DNA of 64,000 bases from Antedon mediterranea. Taxonomy: Eukaryota; Animalia; Echinodermata. Location: NCBI RefSeq assembly GCF_964355755.1, contig NC_092673.1:7006001-7070000 (forward strand), in the 5' to 3' direction. The position numbers and the translations under genes are program-made. Under the pieces are notes generated by a model. That model saw only the letters and a program-made list of their open reading frames with translations. It searched no databases and was not told the DNA's origin. Positions within the stretch are counted from its first letter, which is position 1; each line of letters starts with the position of its first letter. Below, in pieces: positions 37,201 through 49,200 of this stretch.

Positions 37201-37986
37201 CCTACAAACCAGATGAACATTTTCAATCATCTAGTTACCATTATCTTTATTTATGGGCCAAATAGTGAATAGCACGCCCTCTCCATTTCCTATCAATTCT
37301 TTCTTTCGTCCGTTAATCCAATACGACATTCATTCATATCCAAATATCTCAAATAGTGCATTAGGTTAAATAGGCAATATTAATCGATCTAAAAAGGTGT
37401 TGGTGCACAAAAAAACCAATAAAACCAGTACAAGATATTGTCATTGTTAAATTAGCTTTCAGTCTGGTACTTTATTTACTATTTTCAAAGGGTATCTCAG
37501 GCTTTACATTTCCATTGTTTATTATAAAGGCATTTGCAACAACATTGATAATTATTATTATATAATAAACAATATAAATATGTTACACTAGAGGAGCTAC
37601 CTTTTAAGTCTTTGGGTACTGATATTATGTATCCACATCACTAAACCATTCATGTCAACTGACAAAGCAATCTAAATGATTGTCAGTCAGGTTTAGTGAT
37701 TTAAAATGTCACATTTGTTTTTAATTTAGCTGTACGGGGCTACTTTAGAAAGGTCAGCGTGGATGGACAAGACGTTTGCCTGTTGGATCAAACCCTTTCT
37801 AGCAGAAACGTTAGTAGCGTTATAGACTGTACACTCGTGTGTCTGTCCCATTCATTCTGTAATGGCTTTGTTGTCAGCAATCACCCATACATAATATGTT
37901 CATTACTGGACAGGACATTTATTCGAAGAAAAGTAATTTCTATAAATTGTACTACTTATAAGAAGTATTTGAATGTATCAAAGTGA
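25150..37986 (+). CDS. Gene copy B (complete, 8 exons): signal peptide / YWTD propeller / Thr-Asp-Tyr stalk / PAN-Apple-like domain, about 1445 aa
   Basis: Exons 25150-25243, 25620-25862, 28685-28856, 29550-29665, 30360-30608, 31567-31611, 31784-34945 and 37730-37986. All GT-AG, in frame, with exons 2-6 the same lengths as in A. Confidence 0.9.
25620..25862 (+). CDS. Copy B exon 2 (YWTD)
   Basis: 243 nt, homologous to 3286-3528. Confidence 0.92.
26615..27810 (+). mobile_element. Rearranged internal fragments of the 43797 Helitron family in B intron 2
   Basis: TCTAATGGATGTCCATCTTGAAAAATAC and AAACGTCGTAGTG..ACATGTACTTTA are shared with the Helitron units. Termini are absent. Confidence 0.6.
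27830..28235 (+). pseudogene. Decayed LINE ORF1 fragment (L1 ORF1p / Transposase_22-like RRM)
   Basis: IERYTRSFNLRFGGILEKEGENP...IENAQRIGRP...PRHIIAKF matches the ORF1p RRM pattern. Confidence 0.7.
28685..28856 (+). CDS. Copy B exon 3
   Basis: 172 nt, homologous to 11315-11486. Confidence 0.88.
28884..29034. mobile_element. MITE of about 150 bp, specific to B intron 3
   Basis: CTCTCTACACTAT pairs with ATAGTGTAGACAG. Absent at the equivalent site in A. Confidence 0.6.
29550..29665 (+). CDS. Copy B exon 4
   Basis: 116 nt, homologous to 11796-11911. Confidence 0.85.
29825..29942. mobile_element. Helentron-associated (HINE/DINE-1-like) mini-element of about 117 bp; second copy at 31025-31143
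   Basis: Sub-terminal AGTCGCGT, a (GACC/GACA)n microsatellite and a terminal stem-loop AGTCGCGT-CA-ACGCGACT. The site is empty in A. Confidence 0.7.
30360..30608 (+). CDS. Copy B exon 5
   Basis: 249 nt, AAG acceptor, homologous to 12787-13035. Confidence 0.9.
31567..31611 (+). CDS. Copy B exon 6 (DPLWDTIELMCTTIA)
   Basis: 45 nt, GT-AG. Confidence 0.8.
31784..34945 (+). CDS. Copy B exon 7, 1054-codon Thr/Asp/Tyr stalk
   Basis: TACTAAC branch point, tag| and |gtaag. Open frame with all indels in multiples of 3. Confidence 0.92.
35459..35506 (-). ncRNA. Minimal hammerhead ribozyme-like motif (Penelope 3' region)
   Basis: The reverse complement reads CUGAAGA-A-GCUGUCC-gauca-GGACAGC-GAAA-CUG-UC. 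Stem I is poor. Confidence 0.5.
37101..37148 (+). ncRNA. Minimal hammerhead ribozyme-like motif, sense to gene B
   Basis: CUGAAGA at 37107-37113, a 7-bp stem II, GAAA at 37134-37137, and a GUC site. Stem I is only UUU/AAG. Confidence 0.55.
37730..37986 (+). CDS. Copy B exon 8, PAN/Apple-like domain with stop codon
   Basis: All 6 Cys are conserved with A; two in-frame single-codon deletions. Confidence 0.82.
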
Positions 37987-38358
37987 ATATCAGGTTTTTT
38001 TTTTACTTTGACTATTGAAACAAATACAGTTCGAGATGTTATATTGTATGAAACTGAAAACACGCATGCGCACGAAATGCTACACTTAGTTTATGCACCA
38101 TATGATACCATATGGAAGCTAAGGCGTGAATATGTTTAAGATATCAAATTTGCGTAGGCCTATTAAGTATGCCATATTTATTCTGAATTGTAAATAAATA
38201 TTGTTGGGTTTTGATAATATATATATATATAAACTTTATTTAGACACGAGACTGATGCACAGTACAACTAGTTCAATCAACATTGATTGTCTTAATAAAA
38301 GTTCGTGAAGAAAACAAACAATTTGAAAAGAAAATTACAGCGGAATCCCTTTTGTGTT

Positions 38359-41300
38359 ACGCTAGCGACCGGACAGGACTGTTTAAAACAAGGTTTGATG
38401 TAAAGAACATAACATGTAAATATATTGACGAGGAAGGTAACATTTTCATACTATGTATTATTCATAATAAGACCACCTTTAACCTCGTAAATGTTTATGC
38501 TCCAAACAATGACAAGGAAAGAGCAATATTTTTTAAGAAACTTGAAAATAAGATAAACACATTATGTGATGTAACTAATGAATACATAATAACAGGAGGT
38601 GACATGAATTGCATATTAGATAAAAAGGTAGATCAGAAAAACAGCGTGAATAGCTACGATGAAGCACCAATAGCATTAAAAAAATGCATGAATAAGTTAC
38701 ATTTAATTGATATATGGAGACAAAGTCATAAAGATAAATTCCAATTTACATGGAGAAGAAAGGATACGTACAGAAGGTTAGACTTTTGGTGCATATCAAA
38801 CGCCCTTTATAAAAATGGTGACATCATTTCTACAGATATTCGACCTTGTATCTTCTCTGATCATCAAGCTATATCGTTGAAAATAATAAATGATGAAAAA
38901 AAGAGAGGTCCAGGATTCTGGAAACTAAACAATAAGGTATTGAATGATGAAATATATGCGTTAAATGTTATACACATAATTGAAAAGACAAAAAAAATGA
39001 ATATAACTTGAAACCTGACAGCTTACGGGAATACTTAAAATAAAAGAGTTCTCATGTAAATATTGTTCAAGAAAGAAAATTAAAGAAAAGTTGATAAAAG
39101 AAGTTAGCGAACTTGCAAAAAAACTTGATTCAACCTACAGCCAAAAAACTGACTGTCAATTAAAAAATAAAATAGAACAACTTGATGAAATATACATATC
39201 TGAGGCCCAAGGCCTTGAAAAAAATAATGGAAAAAGAAAACAAATTACTACCCTATTAAAAACTAATGGAAAGTACACTACCGACACTAATGAAATTTTA
39301 AGAAAACAGGTCAATTTTTACAAAAACTTATATTCCAAAAAAAATATTTCTGTTAATAATATAAATAGCTATCTTGAAAAATCAAGATCAAAAACACTTT
39401 CATTAAATGACAGTATGCAATGTGAAGGTTTACTAGCTATAGATGAATTAACAAGTGCTCTTCATAAAATGCACTTGAATAAAAGTCCGGGGTGTGATGG
39501 ACTAAGTGTAGAATTTTACAAGTTTTTTTTGGAATCATATAAAAGAAATGTTATGTGCATCCTTAAATTATAGCTACAATAAAAGTAAATTACCTAAAAC
39601 ACAAAAAAAGGGAATAATAAAATTGTTATTTAAAAATGGAAAAAGAGAATCACTAACAAACTGGAGACCAATTACATTGTTAAATGTTGATTATAAAATG
39701 ATGGCCCATGCCCTATCGGGTAGAATACAAAAAGTAATTGCCCCAATTATTTACTCCGACCAAAAAGGTTATATCAACGGACGATTTGGAGGAGAAAGCA
39801 TACGTTTAGTCGAAGACGTTCTTTTCCAGACCAATACATGTAAATTACCCGGAGCAATAGTTTTTCTAAACTTTGCAAAGGCCTTCAATTCATAAGATAG
39901 AAACTTTATTTTTAAATGCCTCCAAAAGTTTGGCTTTGGAAAGTCATTTACAAAATGGATTACATTGCTATATACAGAAACAGAATGTATTATAGAAAAT
40001 AATGGATGGCTATCTGAAAGTTTTCAGATGGAAAGTGGAGTAAGACAAGGATGTCCACTGTCTGCTCTTTTATTCACACTTGCTGTTGAAATAATGGCTA
40101 ATAATATAAGAGATAATCCTCTATGTAAAGACATTATGTTACCATGTAATATAGATAATGCATGTAAATGAAAGTACTGTTAAAATTTGTCAATTAGCAG
40201 ATGACTTATTTACACGAGACGAGACTAGTTTAAAACACTTTTTGAAAGAAATAGAGTTTTTTTGTAATATATCTGGATTAAAATTAAATAAAGAAAAAAC
40301 CAAAGGAATGTGGATTGGTTCCAGCAAAAATAATGAAACAGCACCTTTTAATCTAACATGGACGAAGAATCCAGTTAAATTCTTAGGGATATATGTCGGC
40401 TACAATAAAAGAGTGTGCGAAGAAAAGAACTGGAATGAAAAAATCACTAAACTTGATCAGATATTGCAATTATGGTAAAAAAAGAAACCCCTCTTTTTTG
40501 GAAAAATAATTATTATAAAAACATTTGCAATTTCCAAACTTGTATATAATGCTAGTGTCATAATTGTGCCTAAATATGTATTCCCAAAAGTAGAAAAGGT
40601 ATTATATAGGGGTAAAAAAGAGAAAATAAAAAGGAAAACCCTTATAAATTCAATATTAGAAGGTGGTCTAAATATGGTACATCTTAGCACAATGGTTAGT
40701 TCGCTAAAACTTAGTTGGGTTAAGAGATTGTTAAGCCCTGACCCAGGTAAATGGAAATATTTACCAAAACATTATATATATATCCATTTGATTATACTGT
40801 CAATACTAGTGAACCCAATTTTGAAAGTCATGTAGAACTGAAATGTATGCCTGAATTTTATAAAGAAATGTTAAAAGTGTTAGTGTATTTTAACAATATA
40901 AGTATTACATACCCGCAAAATGTAAACGAAGTTGAAAAACAACAATTGTGGGAAAACACTTTTATAAAATGCAGTGGAAAAACATTATATTTTAAAAGTT
41001 GGATACAAGCAGGGTATAAAACAATAAAAGATATAATAGTTAATCACAGATTAATGACTCCGACAGAATTGATACCCACCCTTTCAGAGCAACAAAATGG
41101 AATAATTGAATATTTTAAGATTGTAAATGCAATTCCCTCAAATTGGAAGAAAATATTTATAAACAATGAAAAAAAAAGAGACAAACAAGAAATACAAACA
41201 ATATATTGTAAAAAGTATAAAAATTCATTTTATTATAAACACATTATCAACAATATATCTATTACTCCATTTTGTCAATCGAAATGGGAAACAGAATTTA

Positions 41301-41993
41301 GAAATGTGAACTTTAAGTGGAATGAAATATGGTTAAAAAAAGTATATAGCATGAAACATGTAACAAAAGTAGCACAATTTAATTTTAAACTGCTACATCG
41401 GATTCTGGCATGTAAACAACGAATGAAGATATGGAAAATATCTCCTGAAAAAATGTGCGAACACTGCAAAAACGAAATTGAGACAGACAAGCACATGCTT
41501 TTGAAATGTAAAAGTATCCAAAAAGTATGGACAAAATTCAATAACATGATTCTAAAATGCTATACACTTGAAGAAACCGTACATGATTGGCTAGACATTG
41601 TTATTGGAACAAAAAGTGAAAATGTCAATGAATTATTATCACTGTTTACTTTTTGTATTTATAAAACAAATTTTATTAAATCATTAGAAAAGCATTCAAA
41701 AATTAGATCAAAAGTCGTCTGGAACTTGTTCCGATTTGAGCTAAAAAAATCTTATACAGAATCAATGTGCTTTTAACATAAACAAGACAAAAAAAAAGTG
41801 GGGTAACGTAAAAATAAAATTATTAACTTGTATTTCTTAAAATTACATGTATTAATTTTTAATTTTTTCATTATTATTTTAATTTTTATTTATATATATA
41901 TATATATATTATACAATTTCTATATATAACTACAATGTGTAATATGAAGAATGAAATAAAAGTGGGTTGGCCCCACGAAAGAGAAAAAAAAAA
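38359..41993 (+). mobile_element. Tx1/L1-clade LINE with a 5'-truncated ORF2 (APE endonuclease, RT, C-terminal zinc knuckle) and several frameshifts/stops
   Basis: Motifs NVYAPN, GGDMN, RLDF, SDH, KSPGCDG, NWRPITLLNVDYK, GVRQGCPLS, QLADD and CEHC..ETDKHMLLKC. AATAAA and an A-tail. Possible TSD TTGTGTT at 38352-38358 and 41994-42000. Confidence 0.93.
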
Positions 41994-42329
41994 TTGTGTT
42001 TTTAAATTATTTATTTTAGATAATAGTTTTTAAAATAATCTGCAAATTTCAACGCACCTTTAATAACAAAGCTGTTGATCAGACCAGACATGCTTTTTTT
42101 TTGTGCTCTGCATTTTTACATAATTGTTTAAAAAATTGAACACCTCACTTGTTTTAGATTAGTTAATGAACAAAGTTGTGTTTTTACTGCAAATATTTGA
42201 GGTTAGGATTGAAGAGATTTTTAAAGATATTTTTCTAGGCCTACGAATCACAAGGTAGTTCTGTACAGTATGTCAACTCGCATACAAAAGGTGGTGCTCC
42301 TACTGTACGACTAGGAGGTCTGGAGGTAA

Positions 42330-42790
42330 AAAATGCAAGTAGTAGCGTTGGTGGGTATAGCTTGGATAACAAGTGTGGCAAGTGCTGTTTCCCTGTTTTA
42401 TGATATTCAGATAAAGCATGTGGATGTAGCATGTGTCATAAATGGTATTGTTATTACGTGCAAAAACGTTTTTAATGCAAAATACAAATGGATTAGAAGT
42501 GAAGATGATCCTACCATAAATTGGTATTGCTTAAGCTTTTCGGGTAAAGCATCTAAAATGTCTGGATGAAATTAGTGGTAGATATTTAAGAAAACCAAAC
42601 AATAGGCATAATGCAAAAAAGATCTATCGGAAGTAAAAGATGATGTAAGAAAAAATAAGGAGGAAATTAAGAAATTGACAAATGCTACTGAGAAATCAAG
42701 CGCAGGTGTAGATGAAGACTTGGAGACAAAAGTGGATAGAAAGTTTGATGACTTAATGGACAAGATGGTTAGAGAAACTGATAATTTGAT
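42330..42790 (+). pseudogene. Degenerate PHD finger plus coiled coil, probably a CR1/L2-type ORF1 remnant
   Basis: CGKC...CSMCHKWY..TC...INWYCLS pieced across a stop and a frameshift, followed by a K/E-rich heptad stretch. Confidence 0.55.
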
Positions 42791-43165
42791 TTGTTAAAAG
42801 TGATACTGTGACTGATAATCAAACTATTCAATTATTATTTATTTTGAGAGTGGTATGAATGCATGCGTGCTTGGCAAGACAAGTTCGTCATGGTAATTAA
42901 TTACATTTTAGCTGTAACAAAAAGAATCATTCTTAATTGTACCATTTATTGTACAAATTTAAAATTTAATAAAACGCAATTACCTACATGCAGGTGTGTG
43001 TTACCATGTCACGTCTCGTTAAAGTAAAGTACGATAAATGATAAATTATATTGCTAAAATAAACATTTGTCATTTACCAAAGAACAGCCCTACGGAAACG
43101 AAGGAATCTGTTCTACGTACTGTGTTTAGGTATTTGTAAGAGAATTCTGGACAGCTATATTAAAT

Positions 43166-43262
43166 ATGAATATTATATTCACGTGTCTATTGCGATTCTC
43201 TATGTCCAAGTGTGCTTTATATTATTGTACTATTTTCTTTATTATTTATACGTGTTATTCAG
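43166..43262 (+). CDS. Copy C exon 1, MNIIFTCLLRFSMSKCALYYCTIFFIIYTCYS
   Basis: Homologous to B exon 1 (15/32 identical), with a CAG|GTAAGT phase-1 donor. Confidence 0.75.
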
Positions 43263-46200
43263 GTAAGTGTATGCATTTATTTATAGCGTTAATTAACTAT
43301 ATATAAACTGTATGTAATTGTATAACCAGAACAGTACAATGCAATAGTACTTATATTATACTGAAACCATGCTAACTAATAATATTAATAACTAAATCAC
43401 ACCAGCCTATCACCTGCCAGTATAATTTATTGCGTTGAAGTTATGAGTTTGTTTGTACGAGAACGCCCAGTTTATAAACAAAATACAATACGAATTAGAT
43501 TTGACCACTATGGACGAGTTAGGTTATCCGCTGCGCAAACGCTACGTGCACGTCATATGTTGGAATATTGCGAACAGAAAAACGATTATGCCATTGTGAA
43601 CTGAAGAAAATAAAAAACAAAATACAATACCAACTAGATTTGAACTCGTCACTATGGACGAGTTAGGTTATCAGCCAGGCAAACGCTACGTGCACGTCAT
43701 ACGTTAGAATATTGCGAACAGAAAAACGATTAAGCCATTGTGAACTGAAGAAAATAAAATGTTAGTGTGCCTTCTATTTTGTGTGTATATACAGTATCTA
43801 TATATAAATTTACGTAAGGGCAAAAATCGGTAAATCGTGCGTTATTTCTAGAATGTTTACGCGATGGTATATAAAGTTGGTTCGTACTTTCGGTACTAAT
43901 TTTAACCACCTGATGTAACCCTGTTTACTAATTAAATTGAGTTCGATAATTAGTTATTGACGATTAAAACGAATTTAGGTTCAAAGATTTGCCCCAAATA
44001 GGGGTGTTTTCCGATCGTGGTATACACTGTCTAATGGATGTCAATTTGAAAAATACCCGCACACAATAATACGAGGACGCTTCGCATTTTCCTATCTCCT
44101 CCTACGATAATTGTTTTTAATAGCTGAAAACCGATTGAACAGTTCGAGTACAGCATCATGATGTTGAAGACAGGCCGATTTTCTTTAAAAAATGCTATTT
44201 TGATACATGTAATATACGTTTTTACAAATGTATTGATTTGTGATGAATGGAACATTCCAAATTATTTGGTTTAACCATAGAGGTATAGATTTAGATTTAT
44301 GGGCCCCCTTGGAGAATAAACATAAATAGTATTGCAATGCTGTACAATACTGTTAAGGTATTGTTAGATTATAAACATATAATATACAAATAGTTATTAC
44401 TGACAGTTGCTTCTCAACGTTTGTATTAATTAATAATTTAAAAATATATAAACGTACGTAGTGGTACGTGTATCGTTACATGTACTTTACTATTTCAATA
44501 GACTATGACAGTGAGAGTTTTAACAAAGTATTAAATCGTAAATGTTTTACTGTATTTAGTGGTATATTATTTATAGGCCTATAAAACATTAAAAACAATA
44601 TTTCGTTACTGAGTGGATAAGAATATATTTTAAAATGTTTCCTCTTTGTACCTATCTTCTTCCCCCATCCCTCAACCCTTAATGTTACATACAAAACACA
44701 AATTGGGTTTGTTTAAATGAGTCCAAATAAAAAAATTTGACTCATTTTGTTTCTCTCTCGGAAGTAATTCCCAGGGTGCTAATTTTAGCTGACTACATAA
44801 ATCATCGTGTATATTTATTCGTTTCTGTAAACGACAATTGTATTATAGTCCTGCAGTACGTACATTTGAAATCTCCATTTTTTTCTCGCTGGAAAATACT
44901 GTGTATTCGAGAAACATCTGTGGGCACGACCTAGATGGTACGCGAGCGAAGCGAGCGTGCCATCTAGTCTATATATAAATTTACGTAAGGGCAAAATTCG
45001 GTAAATCGCGCCTTACTTCTAGAATTTTTACTCGATGGTATATAAAGTTGGTTCGCACTTTCGGTACTGATTTTAACCACCTGATGTAACCCTGTTTACT
45101 AATTAAATTAAGTTAGATAATTAGTTATTGACGATTAAAACGAATTTAGGTTCAACGATTTGCCCCAAATAGGGGTGTTTTCCGATCGTGGTATACACTG
45201 TCTAATAGATGTCCATCTTGAAAAATACCCGCCACAAAAATGCGAAGAGGCTTCGCATTTTCCTATCTCCTCCTACGATAATTGTTTTTAATAGCTGAAA
45301 ACCGGTTGAACAGTTCGAGTACATCATCATAATGTTGAAGACAGGCCGATTTTCTTTAAAAAATACTATTTTGATACATTTAATATACGTTTTTACAAAT
45401 GCATTGATGAATGGAACATTCCAAATTATTTGGTTTAACCATAGAGGTATAGATTTAGATTTATGGGCCCCCTTGGAGAATAAACATAAATAGTATTGCA
45501 ATGCTGTACAATACTGTTAAGGTATTAACAACTTTTGATGGCAATTTGAATCGCAAATTTCTTACTGTGTGTGTTGGTACTGTTAGATGTAATAAAAATA
45601 TATGCAAATAAACTTTATTACTGTGAGTGTGGGTAGGCCCTACTGTTAGATTATAAACATATAATATACAAATAAATAAACGTTATTACTGACAGTTGCT
45701 TCTCAACGTTTGTATTAATTAATAATTTAAAAATATATAAACGTCGTAGTGGTGTATCGTTACATGTACTTTACTATTTCAATCGACTATGACAGTGAGA
45801 GTTTTAACAAAGTACCGTATTAAATCGTAAATGTTTTACTGTATTTAGTGGTATATTATTTATAGGCCTATAAAACATTAAAAACAATATTTCGTTACTG
45901 AGTGGATAAGAATATATTTTAAAATGTTTCCCCTTTGTACCTATCTTCTTCCCCCATCCCTCAACCCTTAATGTTACATACAAAACACAAATTGGGTTTG
46001 TTTAAATGAGTCCAAATAAAAAAATTTGACTCATTTTGTTTCTCTCTCGGAAGTAATTCCCAGGGTGCTAATTTTGGTTGACTACATAAATCATTGTGTA
46101 TATTTATTCGTTTCTGTAAACGACAATATGTATTATAGTCCTGCGGTACGTACACTGTTTGAAATCTCCATTTTTTTCTCGCTGGAAATACTGTGTATTC

Positions 46201-49200
46201 GAGAACCATCTGTGGGCACGACCTAGATGGTACGCGAGCGAAGCGAGCGTGCCATCTAGTCTATATATAAATTTACGTAAGGGCAAAATTCGGTAAATCG
46301 CGCCTTACTTCTAGAATTTTTACTCGATGGTATATAAAGTTGGTTCGTACTTTCGGTACTGATTTTAACCACCTGATGTAACCCTGTTTACTAATTAAAT
46401 TAAGTTAGATAATTAGTTATTGACGATTAAAACGAATTTAGGTTCAACGGTTTGCCCCAAATAGGGGTGTTTTCCGATCGTGGTATACACTGTCTAATGG
46501 ATGTCCATCTTGAAAAATACCCGCCACAAAAATGCGAGGAGGCTTCGCATTTTCCTATCTCCTCCTACGATAATTGTTTTTAATAGCTGAAAACCGGTTG
46601 AACAGCTAGAGTACAGCATCATAATGTTGAAGACAGGCCGATTTTCTTTAAAAAATACTATTTTGATAGATTTAATATACGATTATACAAATGTATTGAT
46701 TTGCGATGAATGGAACATCCCAATCTCTCAGTCTGCCAGAGTTTGGTTTAACACAAGTAGGTAAATTTATGAGCCCTTGGTTTAACACATACGGTAGGTA
46801 AATATATGGGCCCTTTGAGAATAAACTTGCAATACTTTGACAATACTGTAAATACCTATTAACTATTTTTGGTCCTCATTTGAATCGAACAATTCTTACT
46901 GTGAATGTTCGTACTGTTAGATGTAACATAAAAATATGTACAAATAAACTTTATTACTGAGATTGTGGTTATGCTTCACTGTTAGATATATAAACACATT
47001 ATTATATAAATCCAAAGGCAAATTACTGAAAAAATGACTAATGCTGTGGGTATCAGTGGCTGGATCTCAATGGAGATACAAAAATAAAAAGCGAAAAGCT
47101 AAATCAAAACGATAAAGTAAACAGCCAGAAAAGTTAGCAGAGCTTTCGGGCAGCACTAGCCCTTCATCAGTGCAAGTGAGGGGATTTGAATAAAGTCATA
47201 GCATATGAGTTGGCAAGTACTGCCTGGGTGGACAGGAATAAAAGAAATATAACAATAGAAACAGCGGGTTGAATAGTGGGTGGAGAGTGAATAAGAGTAG
47301 AAAACAATGAAGGTAGCTTGGTAAAGATATAAACAATTTTGGAATGGAACTAAAAAAGCTAAAATGGTGGTTAATATTGAAACTTAAATTTTGGTAGTCA
47401 ATGGAATAATTTTACCGATCTGGGAGTATGTTCCTAATGTTAAGTCCAAAAGGTTTTGTGGTTTTAAGTAGTAATTCCCAGTGGTTTTCTTTGTCTTTGC
47501 GAGTTTTGTCGCTCCATTTGACATCGTGGTCTATTGCAATAACTCTGAAATTTGCAATCGAGTGACCAGCTGAATTAAAATGTTCGGCTACAGGTTGATC
47601 AAGCTTTAATGTTTTGATAGCTGATCTATGTTGAGTCATTCTCATACGGAGAGTGTTTTTTGTTTCTCCGACGTACTGTTTGCCACAAATATTACAGTAT
47701 ATGAGATAAATGACGTTTTTGGTTAGACAATAAATTGATTGTCTTATCCGAAAAATGCGGCCAGTTTGGTTACTCTCAAATGTTTCAGTAGAATCAACCA
47801 ATGAACAAGTTTTGCCAGATTTGCCGCAAAGGTGACTGCCCAAATTTTGGCTGTCATGAGAGTTAATTTCACTCTTAAATTTGGATCTGACTAATATATC
47901 ACGAAGGTTGGGAGGTCTACGAAATGCAATAATGGGTGGTTCCGGAAAAACAGTCCTGAGACGTTCTGTGGACTGTAGAATGGGCATATGTTTCTCAATA
48001 ATAGCCCGTAATGGAGGCAACCTAGGGTGGTAGGTTGTGACCAATGGCACTCTGGTCGATTTTTTTGGCTGACGTGGTTTGTACGTCAGTGTTTGACATC
48101 GAGGAATATCTTTTGCTTTCTTTATAGCAGTTTCGATGTATTCCTTCTTGTAATTTCTATTCCGGAGATGTCCGGTTAGTTCTTCGGTACGATTCTGAAA
48201 ATCTAAATCTGAAGAACAGATACGTCTGATACCGTAATGCTTGACTGTACGGTATGTTTTTAGTACAGTGTTGGGGGTGACAACTGCTAGGGAGCAGGTA
48301 CATATTTTTATCCGTGGGTTTACGGAATAGGTCAGTTTTGAGTGTACCATTTTCTATGGTCACTATAGTGTCCAAAAAATCAACGCTACTAGTGGATTTG
48401 GTAGCTGTAAATTTGATAGTTATTATTATAATTATACAAATAAACTTTATACTGACCCTCTCAACATTATTATATACAAATAAACTTTATACTGACAGTT
48501 CCCTCTCAACGTTTGTATTAATTATTAATTAATAATTATCAATAATATAAACGTCGTAGTGGTGTATCGTGACATGTACTTTAATATTTCAATCGATTAT
48601 GACATTGACAGTTTTAACAAAGTATTAAATCGCAAATGTTTTACTGTATTTAGAGGTATATTATTTATAGGCCTATAAAACATGAACAAAATATTTCGTT
48701 ACTGAGTGGATAAAGAAGATATTTAAAAAATTTTCCTCTTTGTACCTATCCGCTTTCCCATCCCTCAAACCTAATGTTACATACAAAACACAAATTGGGT
48801 TTCTTTAAATGAGTCCAAATCAAAAATTTGGACTCATTTTGTGATAAGTTTCTCCTTCGGAAGTAATTCCCAGGGTGCTAATTTTAGTTGACTACATAAA
48901 TCATCGTGTCTATTTATTCGTTTCTGTAAACGACAATGTATTATATAATAGTACATTTGAAATCGCCAGTTTTGTTACGCTGAAATTACTGTGTATTCGA
49001 GAACCATCTGTGGGCACGACCTAGATGGTACGCGAGCGAAGCAAGCGTACCATCTAGTACACTAAAATAACTGTATACATACTACATACAGTGCAGAATA
49101 GGTGGAAATAACGGAATCCGCCTTTTATTCCAAATTTTAACATGATGACGTCATCATAATGAAACGCATAGATAGCATTTTTGGAAGGAAATTATCTGAG

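Larger units (their letters stand above)
35416..37229. mobile_element. Penelope-like (Poseidon-type) insertion made of two 5'-truncated copies joined head-to-head, with a 15-bp TSD
   Basis: TSD TCTAGTTACCATTAT at 35401-35415 and 37230-37244, present once in A at about 16571. The minus arm carries RT (WKRYVDDV) and GIY-YIG; the plus arm carries GIY-YIG (CVYEISCSNCDHTYIGETGR). Confidence 0.92.
43797..49057 (+). mobile_element. Head-to-tail trimer of a non-autonomous Helitron (43797-44967, 44968-46259, 46260-49057)
   Basis: A|TCTATATATAAATTTACG start, internal CATCTAG|TCTATATATA junctions, a 3' hairpin in each unit and a final CTAG|T. No TSD. Confidence 0.88.
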
